A DNA stretch of 64,000 nt, from the NCBI GenBank assembly GCA_002269645.1, contig NIVC01000153.1, forward strand, positions 1 to 64,000, written 5' to 3'. The notes beneath the pieces are model-generated. The model was not told the origin of the DNA, ran no database searches, and saw nothing but the letters and a program-made list of their open reading frames with translations. A program made the position numbers and the translations under genes. The stretch is from Macrostomum lignano. Its lineage: Eukaryota. The first letter of the stretch is position 1; every line of letters starts with the position of its first letter. Positions 21,701 through 50,943 of this stretch are shown here, in pieces.

Positions 21701-24700
21701 TGCCACTGTCTCTTATGTGGGCGCCACTGTCTCTGGATGGGCGCCACTGTCTCTTGGTAGGTGCCACTGTCTCTTATGTGGGCGCCACTGTCTCTGGGTG
21801 GGCGCCCCTGTCTCATGGTGGGCGCCACTATCTCTGGGTGGGCGACACTGTCTCTGGGTGGGCGCCACTGTCTCATGGTGGGCGCCACTGTCTCATGGTG
21901 GGCGCCACTGTCTCTGGGTGGGCGCCACTGTCTCATGGTGGGCGCCACTATCTCTGGGTGGGCGCCACTGTCTCATGGTGGGCGCCACTGTCTCATGGTG
22001 GGCGCCACTGTCTCTGGGTGGGCGACACTGTCTCTGGGTGGGCGACACTGTCTTTTATGTTTCCTGGGGTTACAGAGGTGGCAAAAGTTGAACTCCTACC
22101 ATCCGTCGAGCTTACTTCTGTCATGTAAATTCTGGAGGAAGCCACTGAGTTAAACAGCCTCTAATCAATCACTTAATCGACTTTCAGAATTTGCATTTCA
22201 GCCATGGTGAAGAAAATAATCTTGTTAATGCATTTTCAAAGCAAAATTACGCACTAGATTTGGATGCGAGCATGCTGGTTTATGATGTGGCACACTGGCA
22301 TAAATTGCATTTAATAATGATTTACAAAAATCACGAAGAAATGAAAATCGCCTTTCCCAGTGACAGCGTCCACGTCTTCTTGGACCAGCAGCATCACCAC
22401 TATCACTGGAAGCGTGGATTTTTTTGAAATTAATATTACTATAAAATTCTGTTTACTCTACTTTATCGGTTTGGATAAGTAGTATAATCATAAGCTAAAA
22501 CTGAAATAGATATAATTGAACAGAATTTTCCCCAGGGTAAGTTGATGTCTAATCCTCTTCTTTGCAAAGGTCACGTGCCAATACTAATTACGTATTGCTG
22601 GGGAACCCCTGTCAGAGAGCTATGAATGAATCAGCAATACGCTTCCTTTTTAATGATCATAGCGTCTATACACAGTTGAACAATTCTGGGGAAAGCTGGC
22701 ATGGCCCTATACATGTAAACCCGACCACTCTCCCCCCCCCCCTCAACCCCCGTACAGATGATGGATCCTCAGAAGCGTGCCCAGTTACAGTCTCTGTCAC
22801 TACTGGTACAGCAGGCTTCCAACAGCCTAGCGCGGGGCCAAGGTCGGCTTAAGATCGGACCAGCAAGCGCAGGGTTCAAACCTTGCAGTGCAAAAGTACA
22901 GAGCCAAAGCCAGGGGCTTTAGAAGCCAGTTGTAAAAAACTTTTATCTAGCATCTTGCTGGTATCTTAGCACTGTGTAATGTTGCCCGGAGCTTCACAAA
23001 ACATTTTTGCGCTGCAGGTCACAGTGGTAGCGGTTAAGATGCTACACCGCTTGCTTGATTTCATAACAAATATTTAAGATAAACAAATTATTTAATTGCT
23101 GCGTTAATCTAAGTATTAGAATTCCACTTATTTACATCTAGCTAGAGTTCACTTGCATACCCCTGTCCAATCTCTCATGTATGCGTGAATTTTCATCACC
23201 ATCTCTTCTTCTCTAACTCTCAGCCTCTCCACCTCTCATTCTCTAACTCTCAGTCTCTCCACCTCTCATTCTCTAACTCTCAGCCTCTCCACCTCTCATT
23301 CTCTAACTCTCAGTCTCTCCACCTCTCATTCTCTAACTCTCAGCCTCTCCACCTCTCATTCTCTAACTCTCAGCCTCTCCACCTCTCATTCTCTAACTGT
23401 CAGCCTCTCCACCTCTCATTCTCTAACTGTCAGCCTCTCCACCTCTCATTCTCTAACTGTCAGCCTCTCCACCTCTCATTCTCTAACTGTCAGCCTCTCC
23501 ACGTCTCTAACTCTCAGCCTCTCCACCTCTCATTCTCTAACTGTCAGCCTCTCCACCTCTCATTCTCTAACTGTCAGCCTCTCCACCTCTCTAACTCTCA
23601 GCCTCTACACCTCTCATTCTCTAACTCTCAGCCTCTCCACCTCTCATTCTCTAACTCTCAGCCTCTCCACCTCTCATTCTCTAACTCTCAGCCTCTCCAC
23701 CTCTCTAACTCTCAGCCTCTACACCTCTCATTCTCTAACTCTCAGCCTCTCCACCTCTCAGCCTCTCCACCTCTCATTCTCTAACTCTCAGCCTCTCCAC
23801 CTCTCATTCTCTAACTCTCAGCCTCTCCACCTCTCTAACTCTCAGCCTCTACACCTCTCATTCTCTAACTCTCAGCCTCTCTACCTATTCAGCGTTCCCC
23901 CCTCTCAGCCTCTCTCCCTCTTAGTTTCTCTCTCTCAGCCTCTCCCTCTCAGCCTCTCAGCCCCTATAATCCATGATTAATCACATTTTATTTCAGCCTC
24001 CGGAACAATAGCAAAACTCACCAATAAGCCCAATGATGACCATTTTGCTGATAAACAGCACAAACTCGGTGATTTTGTCAACAACGGCCACTCGAACAAT
24101 ATTGCGCAGAATTAGAAAGAATGCGTCCTTAGCCGATAGGCAGAAGTTTCGACCATAAATGGCCACCTGAAATGAAGTTTGAAACGCTGAAGTTCGACTT
24201 TTAAATATGTTCTCTAGGACTGCTATAATTATACAATTATAGCGTTTTCCAAGCTGTATGAGCACAGGAGCAAGCAATTTAATCCTTAGTTGGGAGAATC
24301 AAGCTATTTAAGACTGACTTTTCATTGTCTATGGCCCAAAATGGGATCTGTGGACCTTTCCACACCTGTACAGCTGGACCATAACAAATTCATCAGCCAT
24401 AGATATGGTTTGGTACAGCCGAGAGGAGACGCAAGAACCCTGTTGCAAGAAAAGCAACAAGAAGTGCGACCTGGTTGTCATAATTAAACTCATTGATTGA
24501 TTCTGGTTCTAACATTATCCAAAGTACTCACCATAATATAGGCATTCTTGCTAATAAATTTGACAAACTTCTCCAGACACCAGAAACAGCATTTCAGACA
24601 TTTGATGAAGAATTTTCCAATAGGATTCTGACTGCCGCTCAGTTTAGCATCAATGTACTCCAGAATGATCCGAATCGCCTGCACTATGGCTATGATTAGC

Positions 24701-27700
24701 GAGCCAAATGCGATCGAGCCCAGGTGGTATCTGCGGGCAGGTGACACGTATTTTAGTGGTCCCTGCTCTCTCTCTCCGCCTCTCCCTCTCAGCCTCTCCC
24801 TCTCAGCCTCTCTCTCTCCGCCTCTCCCTCTCAGCCTCTCCCTCTCAGCCTCTCCCTCTCAGCCTCTCCCTCTCAGCCTCTCCCTCTCAGCCTCTCCCTC
24901 TCAGCCTCTCCCTCTCAGCCTCTCCCTCTCAGCCTCTCCCTCTCAGCCTCTCCCTCTCAGCCTCTCCCTCTCAGCCTCTCCCTCTCAGCCTCTCCCTCTC
25001 AGCCTCTCCCTCTCAGCCTCTCCCTCTCAGCCTCTCCCTCTCAGCCTCTCCCTCTCAGCCTCTCCCTCTCAGCCTCTCCCTCTCAGCCTCTCCCTCTCAG
25101 CCTCTCCCTCTCAGCCTCTCCCTCTCAGCCTCTCCCTCTCAGCCTCTCCCTCTCAGCCTCTCCCTCTCAGCCTCTCCCTCTCAGCCTCTCCCTCTCAGCC
25201 TCTCCCTCTCAGCCTCTCCCTCTCAGCCTCTCCCTCTCAGCCTCTCCCTCTCAGCCTCTCCCTCTCAGCCTCTCCCTCTCAGCCTCTCCCTCTCAGCCTC
25301 TCCCTCTCAGCCTCTCCCTCTCAGCCTCTCCCTCTCAGCCTCTCCCTCTCAGTCTCTCCCTCTCAGCCTCTCCCTCTCAGCCTCTCCCTCTCAGCCTCTC
25401 CCTCTCAGCCTCTCCCTCTCAGCCTCTCCCTCTCAGCCTCTCCCTCTCAGCCTCTCCCCCCTCAAACTGTATCCATAAGCCTGCCGTTCTGCGCCAACCT
25501 GATGCACCGCCAGAAGGAAGCCAGCAGTGGAAAGGTCGGGATGTCCTTTGGCTTGTTGAAGGCAAAGTAGTACGAGGCGAACGCACCGGCCAAAGTCATC
25601 TGGCAGAGTCCGTCAACGAAATTGAATAGCCAGAGGAACATGAACACCGTGTACATCTGCATGTACACGGAGAAGCTGCAGGGTCGGTGCGGGGTTGCGT
25701 AGAGTTGGGTTGGCGTCATCAACTGGGGATCTCAGCAAGGAATAAAACAGCGCTGGCACTACGAGTATTTAAGCCTAGAGGAAACTCGCTGCTTTGGTAC
25801 TCGTAAATAAAAAAATGGCAAGCAAAGCATCGTGTGCACTGAGAATTCTTTTTGTGCGCTTCAATTAATTAATAAAATTCTGAAAATAAATACTTAACAT
25901 TTCAGGTGAGCAAAACTGCTCACTCACACGGATGAACTCAATCGATCCACTGACACATGAACTCATTACTCATAGACTCAGAGACTCCTAGACTCATGGA
26001 CTCCTAGACTCATGGACTCCTAGACTCATGGACTCCTAGACTCATGGACTCGTAGACTCATGGACTCCTAGACTCATGGATTCCTAGACTCATGGACTCC
26101 TAGACTCATGGACTCGTAGACTCATGGACTTCTAAATTCATGGACTCCTAGACTCCTGGACTCCTAGACTCATGGACTCATAGAATCATGGACTTCTAAA
26201 TTCATGGACTCCTAGACTCATGGACTCCTAGACTCATGGATTCCTAGACTCATGGACTCATAGAATCATGGACTTCTAAATTCATGGACTCCTAGACTCC
26301 TGGACTCCTAGACTCATGGACTCATAGACTCATAGACTCCTATACTCATGGACATATGAACTCATTTACTACTAGACTCATGGACTACTAGACTCATGGA
26401 CTACTAGACTCATGGACTCATGAACTCATGGATTCATGAACTCATGGACTCCTGGACTCATGGACTCCTGGACTCATGGATTCCTAGACTCATGAACTGA
26501 TAGACTCATAAACTCATGGACTCATGGACTCCTAGATTCATGGACTCCTAGACTCATGGACTCCTAGACTCATGGACTCCTAGACTCGTGGAATCCTGGA
26601 CTCATGGAATCCTGGACTCATGGACTCCTAGACTCATGAACTGATAGACTCATAAACTCATGGACTTCTAAATTCATGGACTCCTAGACTCCTGGACTCC
26701 TAGACTCATGGACTCATAGACTCATAGACTCCTATACTCATGGACATATGAACTCATTTACTACTAGACTCATGGATACTAGACTCATGGACTACTAGAC
26801 TCATGGACTACTAGACTCATGGACTCATGAACTCATGGATTCATGAACTCATGGACTCCTGGACTCATGGACTCCTGGACTCGTGGAATCCTGGACTCAT
26901 GGACTCCTAGACTCATGAACTGATAGACTCATAAACTCATGGACTTCTAAATTCATGGACTCCTAGACTCCTGGACTCCTAGACTCATGGACTCATAGAC
27001 TCATAGACTCCTATACTCATGGACATATGAACTCATTTACTACTAGACTCATGGATACTAGACTCATGGACTACTAGACTCATGGACTACTAGACTCATG
27101 GACTCATGAACTCATGGATTCATGAACTCATGGACTCCTGGACTCATGGACTCCTGGACTCGTGGAATCCTGGACTCATGGACTCCTAGACTCATGAACT
27201 GATAGACTCATAAACTCATGGACTTCTAAATTCATGGACTCTTGGACTCATGGACTCATGGACTCATGGACTCATGGACTCGCCCCACTCGGTCAAATCT
27301 GTATGACACACAGCATCTCAATGGCTTCGGTGCGAACTCAGAGGAAATTAAGAAACGCAACTACTACTACTAGTACTGCTTGAAAGCGAACCAGCGACAC
27401 TGCTTCTGTCCGTGTCTTTTTCTTTTAAAAAAGCGTAAGTAAGCACTTGAAAAACGATTTAAAAAGCATTTCTAGAAAATCGCATTGGAAAATCCTTCGC
27501 AACTTACCGCTTTGCCCTACATTCGCAGATTAATGGTTAATCGAGTATTAAAAAGTTTATTGCCAAACTATAATAAAATATGAAGGCAATAGAAATTGTG
27601 CCTACTGCTCAATCAATTAACAGAAGCGAATCGTCCATTCAGCTACTCAACAGAACGGCGTACTCACCCGTCATCGCCGTACTTGATGAAACGACAAATT

Positions 27701-30700
27701 GAGCCTTCAGTACCTGCGGCCTGAAGAATTTAATGTGAAAGATTAATTTTATAACAGGTGTGATCCTTATCGGACAGGTGTGATCCTTATCTGACAGGTG
27801 TGATCCTTATCTGACAGGTGTGATCCTTATCTGACAGGTGTGATCCTTATCTGACAGGTGTGATCCTTATCGGACAGGTGTGATCCTTATCTGACAGGTG
27901 TGATCCTTATCTGACAGGTGTGATCCTTATCTGACAGGTGTGATCCTTATCTGACAGGTGTGATCCTTATCTGACAGGTGTGATCCTTATCTGACAGGTG
28001 TGATCCTTATCTGACAGGTGTGATCCTTATCTGACAGGTGTGATCCTTATCTGACAGGTGTGATCCTTATCTGACAGGTGTGATCCTTATCGGACAGGTG
28101 CGATCCTTATCGGACAGGTGTGATCCTTATCGGACAGGTGTGATCCTTATCGGACAGGTGTGATCCTTATCTAAGAGCTGTGATCTGTATCTAACAGGTG
28201 TGATCCTTATCTAACAGATGTGATCCTTATCTAACAACTATGATCCTTACTTAACATGTGTAATCCTTATCTTACAGGTGTAATCCTTATCTAACAGGTG
28301 TGAATCTTATCTAACAAGTGTGATCCTTATCGAACAGTTGTGATCTGTATCTAACAGGTGTGATCATTCCTGCATGAAAACGCTAACACTTCTGGCCCTC
28401 CTCACATTAGGATTGCAGGGCGTCAGCTGGTTGAGCACTGAGTCAATCTTGGCCTTGGCCTCGGCCTCGCTCATTCCGCTGGTGTTGAGGCTGTCGATGG
28501 CAGTCTGGTTGACGGCCGACCGCATCTCCGGCTTGCCCATGCTGCCAATGTAGAGCGAGGTGACCACGCAGAACACCAGCACCAGCAGCTGCAGCAGGAA
28601 TGGTACAATAGGAAACAGCAAAGTGGTCATCATGTGAGCGATGCACTTGCTGGTCTCGGAGATGATCGCAATGGCGATGCTGATTCGCTCCCGCAGCCAG
28701 ATCAGCAGGACTATGACAATGACCAAGATAGCAGCGGAGACAATCCCAATGATCAGCCAGGTGGTGGACAGCTGACTATAATAGCCAATATCTGATGTCA
28801 ATTTGAACTTCTCCTCAATATCTTTAGTTTCCTTCTTCAATACGGCGTACTTGTAGAACGTGAATATGACCAGGAAGACGAAGACGAATACGAAACCCAC
28901 GATCGCGGTGATGACCATGATCCTGGCTACAAACCGGAGCAGCAGCACCCACAGCAGCGACAGGAGCACAGCCAGAATGAAGCCAGTCAGTATGTAGGGC
29001 CAGGTCTTGACCACATCCTGGAACACTGACTGCAGGAAGCCGTACACCTTGACGAATTTGGACATGACGGCAGTGCCTGAGCGGAGTTCGCCTGTGCCAA
29101 CCGTCTGGTTGTTCCCGGCCGTGATGTTGGAGGGAACCGAGCCCAGACTGTCCACAATCTTACCGCCGATGTCTTCCAGTAGCTTCGGCATGCACCGGCC
29201 CATCAAGTCGATTGTGGGCATCGTGAACGGGGCGCACAGGCCGTCGTCAACCAGCGATTTGATGCTTCGACCGACGTACTCCGGGTGCAGGCCGTTCCTG
29301 CCGCGCAGGCACACCATGGGCCGCCGCTGCTCAGCCGACACCCGGCCGATGGCCGTCTCGTGAGTCTGTGCGGTCAGCCAACTCCACCAGGCTGACGGGC
29401 ACTCGGACACGCACACCTGCGGAGTCGGACAGCCCAGCTGCAGGACGGCGATGCCCATGCGGGCGCACACGGTGAAGTCGAAGTAGGCGAGCTTGGTTCG
29501 GTCGCTGGAGTTCAGACAGGGAGGTTTGGAGCTTGGTGGACACTTTTGAACTCATGGGCTCGCTTAAAAACTCATGGACTCACTCATGAACTCGTGAACT
29601 CTCTCATGGACCCATGGACTCACTCATGAACTCGTGAACTCTCTCATGGACCCATGGACTCACTCATGAACTCGTGAACTCACTCACAAACTCGTGAACT
29701 CACTCATGGACCCATGGACTCACTCATGAACTCGTGAACTCACTCATAAACTCGTGAACTCACTCATGGACCCATGGACTCACTCATGAACTTGTGAACT
29801 CACTCAAAACTCATGAACTCATGGACTCACTCAAAACTCATGAACTCATGAACTCACTTATGAACTCATAAACTCACTCATGCACCCATGAACTCACTCA
29901 TGAACTCGTGAACTCACTCATAAACTCGTGAACTCACTCATGCACCCATGGACTCACTCGTTAAGTCATGAGCTCGCTCATAAACTCATAAATCCATTTA
30001 TATACTCGTGGACTCATGGACTCATGGACTCCTAAACTCATGAACTCGTGAGCTCATGAACTCATCATTTGTAAATCCGTGAATTCATAAAAGTCATGAA
30101 GCCACTCAGACTGACTTGAAGCGCACACAGTAACGTCCGAATGCTTACGGCAAATCTTTTCCGCAGATTTTCCCCTCCGAGTCAGTCGGGTAGATGATCC
30201 GCTTGGGGTCGCCTCTGGCGTACGCTGAAATAATCAATTTTTAATAATATTAAAAAAAACACTGGCAAGTTGCCCGCATGATTGCCATTAGTTACTCCTG
30301 TGGTCCCGCATCGATGACTCACCAATGACGGCAAACAGCAGCAGGATGGCAACGCAGAACGCGAACAGGAGGCAGCAGATGACATCTGTGCAGGATCGAT
30401 CCTGGATTGGTCCCTTGAAATTCTTGTCGTATTGGCGGGCCTCACCTGCAGTTTGTGAAATACTTTTAGATTAATTGCTAGCTTTCTCGTATCTTTCGCC
30501 AATAATATATGCTAATTAGTAAATAGCAGTAACCTTGAATCAAGTCTATCGAGATTTCTTACTACCAGGGGTTGTAGCCTAGTGGTTAGAGTGTCGGACT
30601 TGCGACTTGAAGGTCGGGGGTTCGATTCCCGATCCTACTGGAACAATTTGTGTCCTTGAGCAAGACACTTAAGTCTGAATTGCTTCAGTTCAACCAGCTG

Positions 30701-31023
30701 TAAAATGAGTGCCAGCATTAGCTGGGATAATTGAGGCTGTGCGGCGACCCCCCAGTCCTTGGACTGAACAGCCGTACGCAGCCTTCAGATGCGCCACGCA
30801 ATAGCTACGGCTGAGCTGTCGGTTGCACATCTAGCCCAATTAGGGCAGGTGTAATCAATTATTATTATTATTATTACTATTATTACTATCAGAGTAAAAG
30901 TAAAAAAAGCAAAGGAACTGCCTTCACCAAAATCAAGCAGTTAAAAAGCAGCAAACCTGTTCGAGATTTTCCAACCAAGCCAACCTTCTCTTCGTCTTTG
31001 TCGGCTCCGAGACAGCTGCCCAT
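18766..31023 (-). CDS. SLC44A: Choline transporter-like protein (SLC44/CTL2-4-5 group), 765 aa, 11 exons
   Basis: Exons 31023-30957 (tentative, MGSC...), 30445-30323, 30224-30149, 29504-28406, 27720-27668, 25675-25499, 24730-24532, 24166-24022, 21224-21121, 20321-20237, 18935-18766. All GT-AG and phase-consistent (2298 nt). Motifs [99 protein letters not shown]. Confidence 0.95.
18985..20048. repeat. 16-bp CT-rich minisatellite (TCTCCCTCTCTCCCTG) in the last CTL intron
   Basis: Tandem units; explains ORFs 18818-20330. Confidence 0.95.
20600..20948. repeat. 21-bp minisatellite (GGACAGGCATCTAATCTGTTC)
   Basis: Tandem units visible. Confidence 0.92.
21068..22427 (+). CDS. Candidate nested antisense gene of unknown function (125 aa model), interleaved with the CTL gene
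   Basis: Exons 21068-21089, 21306-21345, 21413-21453, 22076-22124, 22202-22427 join in phase with no stops (378 nt). Donors GTACTG, GTGAGC, GTGAGC, GTAAAT; start in GCCATGG context. No homology recognised; 5' and 3' limits uncertain. Confidence 0.45.
21459..22053. repeat. 20-21-bp minisatellite (GGGCGCCACTGTCTCTTGGT)
   Basis: Tandem units; reverse-complement relative of the 56.1-58.6 kb array. Confidence 0.93.
23205..23960. repeat. 30-bp minisatellite (CTCTAACTCTCAGCCTCTCCACCTCTCATT)
   Basis: Tandem units in a CTL intron. Confidence 0.93.
24762..25462. repeat. 14-bp minisatellite (TCTCAGCCTCTCCC)
   Basis: About 50 near-perfect units filling a CTL intron. Confidence 0.95.
25950..27282. repeat. 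8/16-bp minisatellite (GACTCATGGACTCCTA) with internal block duplications
   Basis: Tandem units; diagnostic TATACTCATGGACATATG recurs at 26341, 26733 and 27012. Confidence 0.93.
27754..28364. repeat. 20-bp minisatellite (GACAGGTGTGATCCTTATCT)
   Basis: About 30 units filling CTL intron 27721-28405. Confidence 0.95.
29545..30070. repeat. CACTCATGAACTCGTGAACT-type minisatellite
   Basis: Tandem units in a CTL intron, related to the 25950-27282 array. Confidence 0.88.
30566..30889 (+). mobile_element. tRNA-derived CORE-SINE, full length with (ATT)n tail
   Basis: A-box-like TAGCCTAGTGG and B-box GGTTCGATTCC. Core TGTGTCCTTGAGCAAGACACTTAA...CAGCTGTAAAATGAG resembles the MIR/CORE domain. Simple-repeat tail. 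Confidence 0.85.
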
Positions 31024-31817
31024 TTCAGCAAGCTGAATAGCTCGGATGGATTAACGGGCTTTAAATGGGGATTATATCGACCGTCAGCGACTGTATGGAT
31101 TATTTTCTAATGTGTAGCGATCGGGCTGGAGACGGGCGTAGAGGGAATCGAATGTAAGTATTTGCAAAAGTGGGAGTTAATAAAGAGTTGCCGGAGACAT
31201 GCTGGAGGGGGTTGTTGGTTGGTCGCATAGCTTTTTCTCTTTCAGGATCTTCGATATTGGAGTGAAGAGACAACCATAATGTAGTTGGTAGGGGGGCTTT
31301 GTCTAGCGCACTGGGGTAGAGCTGTGGAGACGGGACTGAACGAAAAGAATCAATAAAGTAGTGAAAAGTTATGGCCGCCACTTGTCCTCCACCCAACCTC
31401 AACTCCCCCGCTGAGTCGCAGCTGCAAATATTCTGCATTGAGCTGTCTGAGCCTATGCAGTTTTCCACTCTGTTAATTATTCGGCACAGAGCTGCGCTAC
31501 GTTTTCTTCCCCGCGACTTCAGGAACTTTGCGTGAAACTTTCACCGTAGCCGAAGCAGACAGCTACTGGCTGGGAAGCGCTGGATCGAAACCTTTTTTAA
31601 TCTTCGATTAATAAATTTTAGTTGATACTAGGAAACTTCTGCCCCACGCAACGAAAAGTATTTAATGAAAACAATTATAATCGATTCGAGTCCTTACTCC
31701 TTCAACTGCAGAGCGCACTGGCGACGGGACTGATATAGTTCTGATACGAAACAGAAAATTCTCTTTTTACTTTATCGAGTTTGCAGTCTGAGTCTGTAGC
31801 TTTATTCAGCGATATCT

Positions 31818-31950
<133 letters not shown>

Positions 31951-31976
31951 GTAATACTGTAATAGAATAATAGAAT

Positions 31977-32399
31977 GTGTGCGTGCTTTCAGCTTGATTG
32001 GCTGCGGCAAGCAAGCTCGAAAGAGCTCGCTTCGCTCGCTCTTTCTCGCTATCTTCCAATATACTAAAAATGAAAATCTTGCTTGTTTGTTTGTTTGTTT
32101 GTACGCAATCGATTAGAGAAAAATACTATCTATAGCCAGGACCTGCACCGGAGCGGTTACGAAAATTAGATTTCTCGGTAGTTGCACGTACTCTTTTGCA
32201 CTACTTGAGTAGTCTGATTTTCGTTCGGCATGGCTGGTTCCAGCAGGTAGTTCCTCTGGATAAAAGCGCTTACCGCGCCCATTGGCTTTCCAGCTGCCTT
32301 AATCGTTTCCGGTGATCTTGTGTGCGTGCTTTCAGCTTGATTGGCTGCGGCAAGCAAGCTCGAAAGAGCTCGCTTCGCTCGCTCTTTCTCGCTATCTAC
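31977..32399 (+). mobile_element. Non-autonomous Helitron-like element preceded by a duplicate of its own 3' end
   Basis: Unit starts A|TC at 32052, contains (GTTT)n, has a 3' hairpin AGCTC-GAAA-GAGCT and ends CTAC|T at 32399. Region 31977-32054 repeats the 3' part. Confidence 0.6.
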
Positions 32400-33063
32400 T
32401 AATAGAATACAATTGTAAATATACAGTTAGATGAGAACTCTGAGCAAATTAACTTGCTTACGAATATTTCCTTCTTCGTTAGTGTCAGTAGGGCAGTCGA
32501 TTTTGCCTTTGCCCATGCTTCAGAATCTTTATTGGGCTACAAGGGAAAGTGTTTAACCTCGTTTAGCTGAATCGATTTTTCCTAAAGGTCATAGTTATTA
32601 AATGTAACCAAAAATGCATGCGTTTATGTGAAACTCAGAAATACGGCTTGTAAATGACAGAATCGAAAATCTATGTACATATAGTTGTCAGCTTTGGTAA
32701 AGATTCCGTTACCTGCTAGATAGTTTACAATTTCAGTTTTAGATTTTTTTTCAACGATTTTGAAAATCAAAATTTCTGAAAGGCCGTAAGTCATGGGTCT
32801 AATTACTTTAAATACCCCTTTAAACTCGTACCTTGACTAACTTCGCGCAATATTTTTAGACAAAGCTGTTAATAAAAAATATAAAAATTTCACTATTATT
32901 TAACTAAAAACCCTCTTAATTGTTTTTTGCTGTCGCTATACTTTATATATTAGTTTAAATGAGTATTTTATCAACTTCTTCTTACCGCATTAATTTAAGT
33001 TGCTGTATCGACATAAGAATAACTATTTCGAACGTGATCTTACTCTTACAGCGCTTGCACATT

Positions 33064-49986
<16,923 letters not shown>

Positions 49987-50482
49987 TGAATAATCTTCCC
50001 TGTGAGCTCTATCGGCTCTCAGACTCTTTGAATACCATCTGGTCTAATTTTTATTCTAATTTTTGTAAGTAAGAAGCTCAACTGCTAAGATTACTTTGTC
50101 CCGCGATGCGTTCTGTGTATGTTGTATTCACTTTGTTTAACCATTTTGAATGTAAAAATGTGTCGTTTGTATTTTTATGCTACTATCAGTAGGCAAAACT
50201 TTTTTTGGAGTGTTCTTTAAGCAGAAAAGATAACGGCTTGAAAAGTACAAACAGTTGCATCTGTCTATCTGATAATCCATCTCGAAGCGGCTGTCAAATA
50301 ACTTTTCCCCACGGGATTCGAAGTGTTGGGCCCCCTCTTACTTGAATTTTTATTTAAGCATTGTTGTATTCAAGTCTGGCTTTCAAATTCTGTGTGTGCG
50401 ATTCTGTGCTCACTAAATGGTTCAAATATTCCGTGTGTTCCTTCCTTTATCTGGCCGTTATCTCCTCCCGTGGAGATCTGAA

Positions 50483-50709
50483 GTAGAAGGTCGCTACACT
50501 CGACTTGCTAAGAAACGATCTGGAGGTCGGTAAGGGACGGATATTTCTCGTGTCGCCAGTGCGTTTAGTCTAGATTCTTCTCGACTGAATTTGTCTATGG
50601 TAAAACCTAATTCACAGTTAATGCACTGGTGATACGGCAGATATTCGTTCTTTGCGGGCTTGCAGGTTACAGCTTATTTTTAAGAAAGTCGAGTGTAGCT
50701 TCCTTCTAC
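50483..50709. mobile_element. MITE-like element with about 24-bp inverted repeats
   Basis: GTAGAAGGTCGCTACACTCGACTT versus AAGTCGAGTGTAGCTTCCTTCTAC (22/24). No TSD seen. Confidence 0.55.
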
Positions 50710-50943
50710 CGCAGTTATCCATTGTTTCTTGTAAGCGATTGGTAAGCTATTTATTTTTGTTTCAAGTAGGCAGCTCACCTCTGCTACTTACTAGTAAATA
50801 AGTAGTAAGTTTCACTTTAATAAAAGAATAGAGAGTGCAATCAGCCTTGCTGTAATATAAACTAATGCTGCTTGATCTGCAGTGCAGAATGAGAACTCAG
50901 CCTTCGTGTTGCAGTTATTTTAATCAGTAGTCTCGCCTGAGAC

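Noticed and set aside
30566-30645. tRNA gene
   Set aside because: A and B boxes are present, but the sequence runs into a CORE domain and tail and has a diverged second copy: it is a SINE head.
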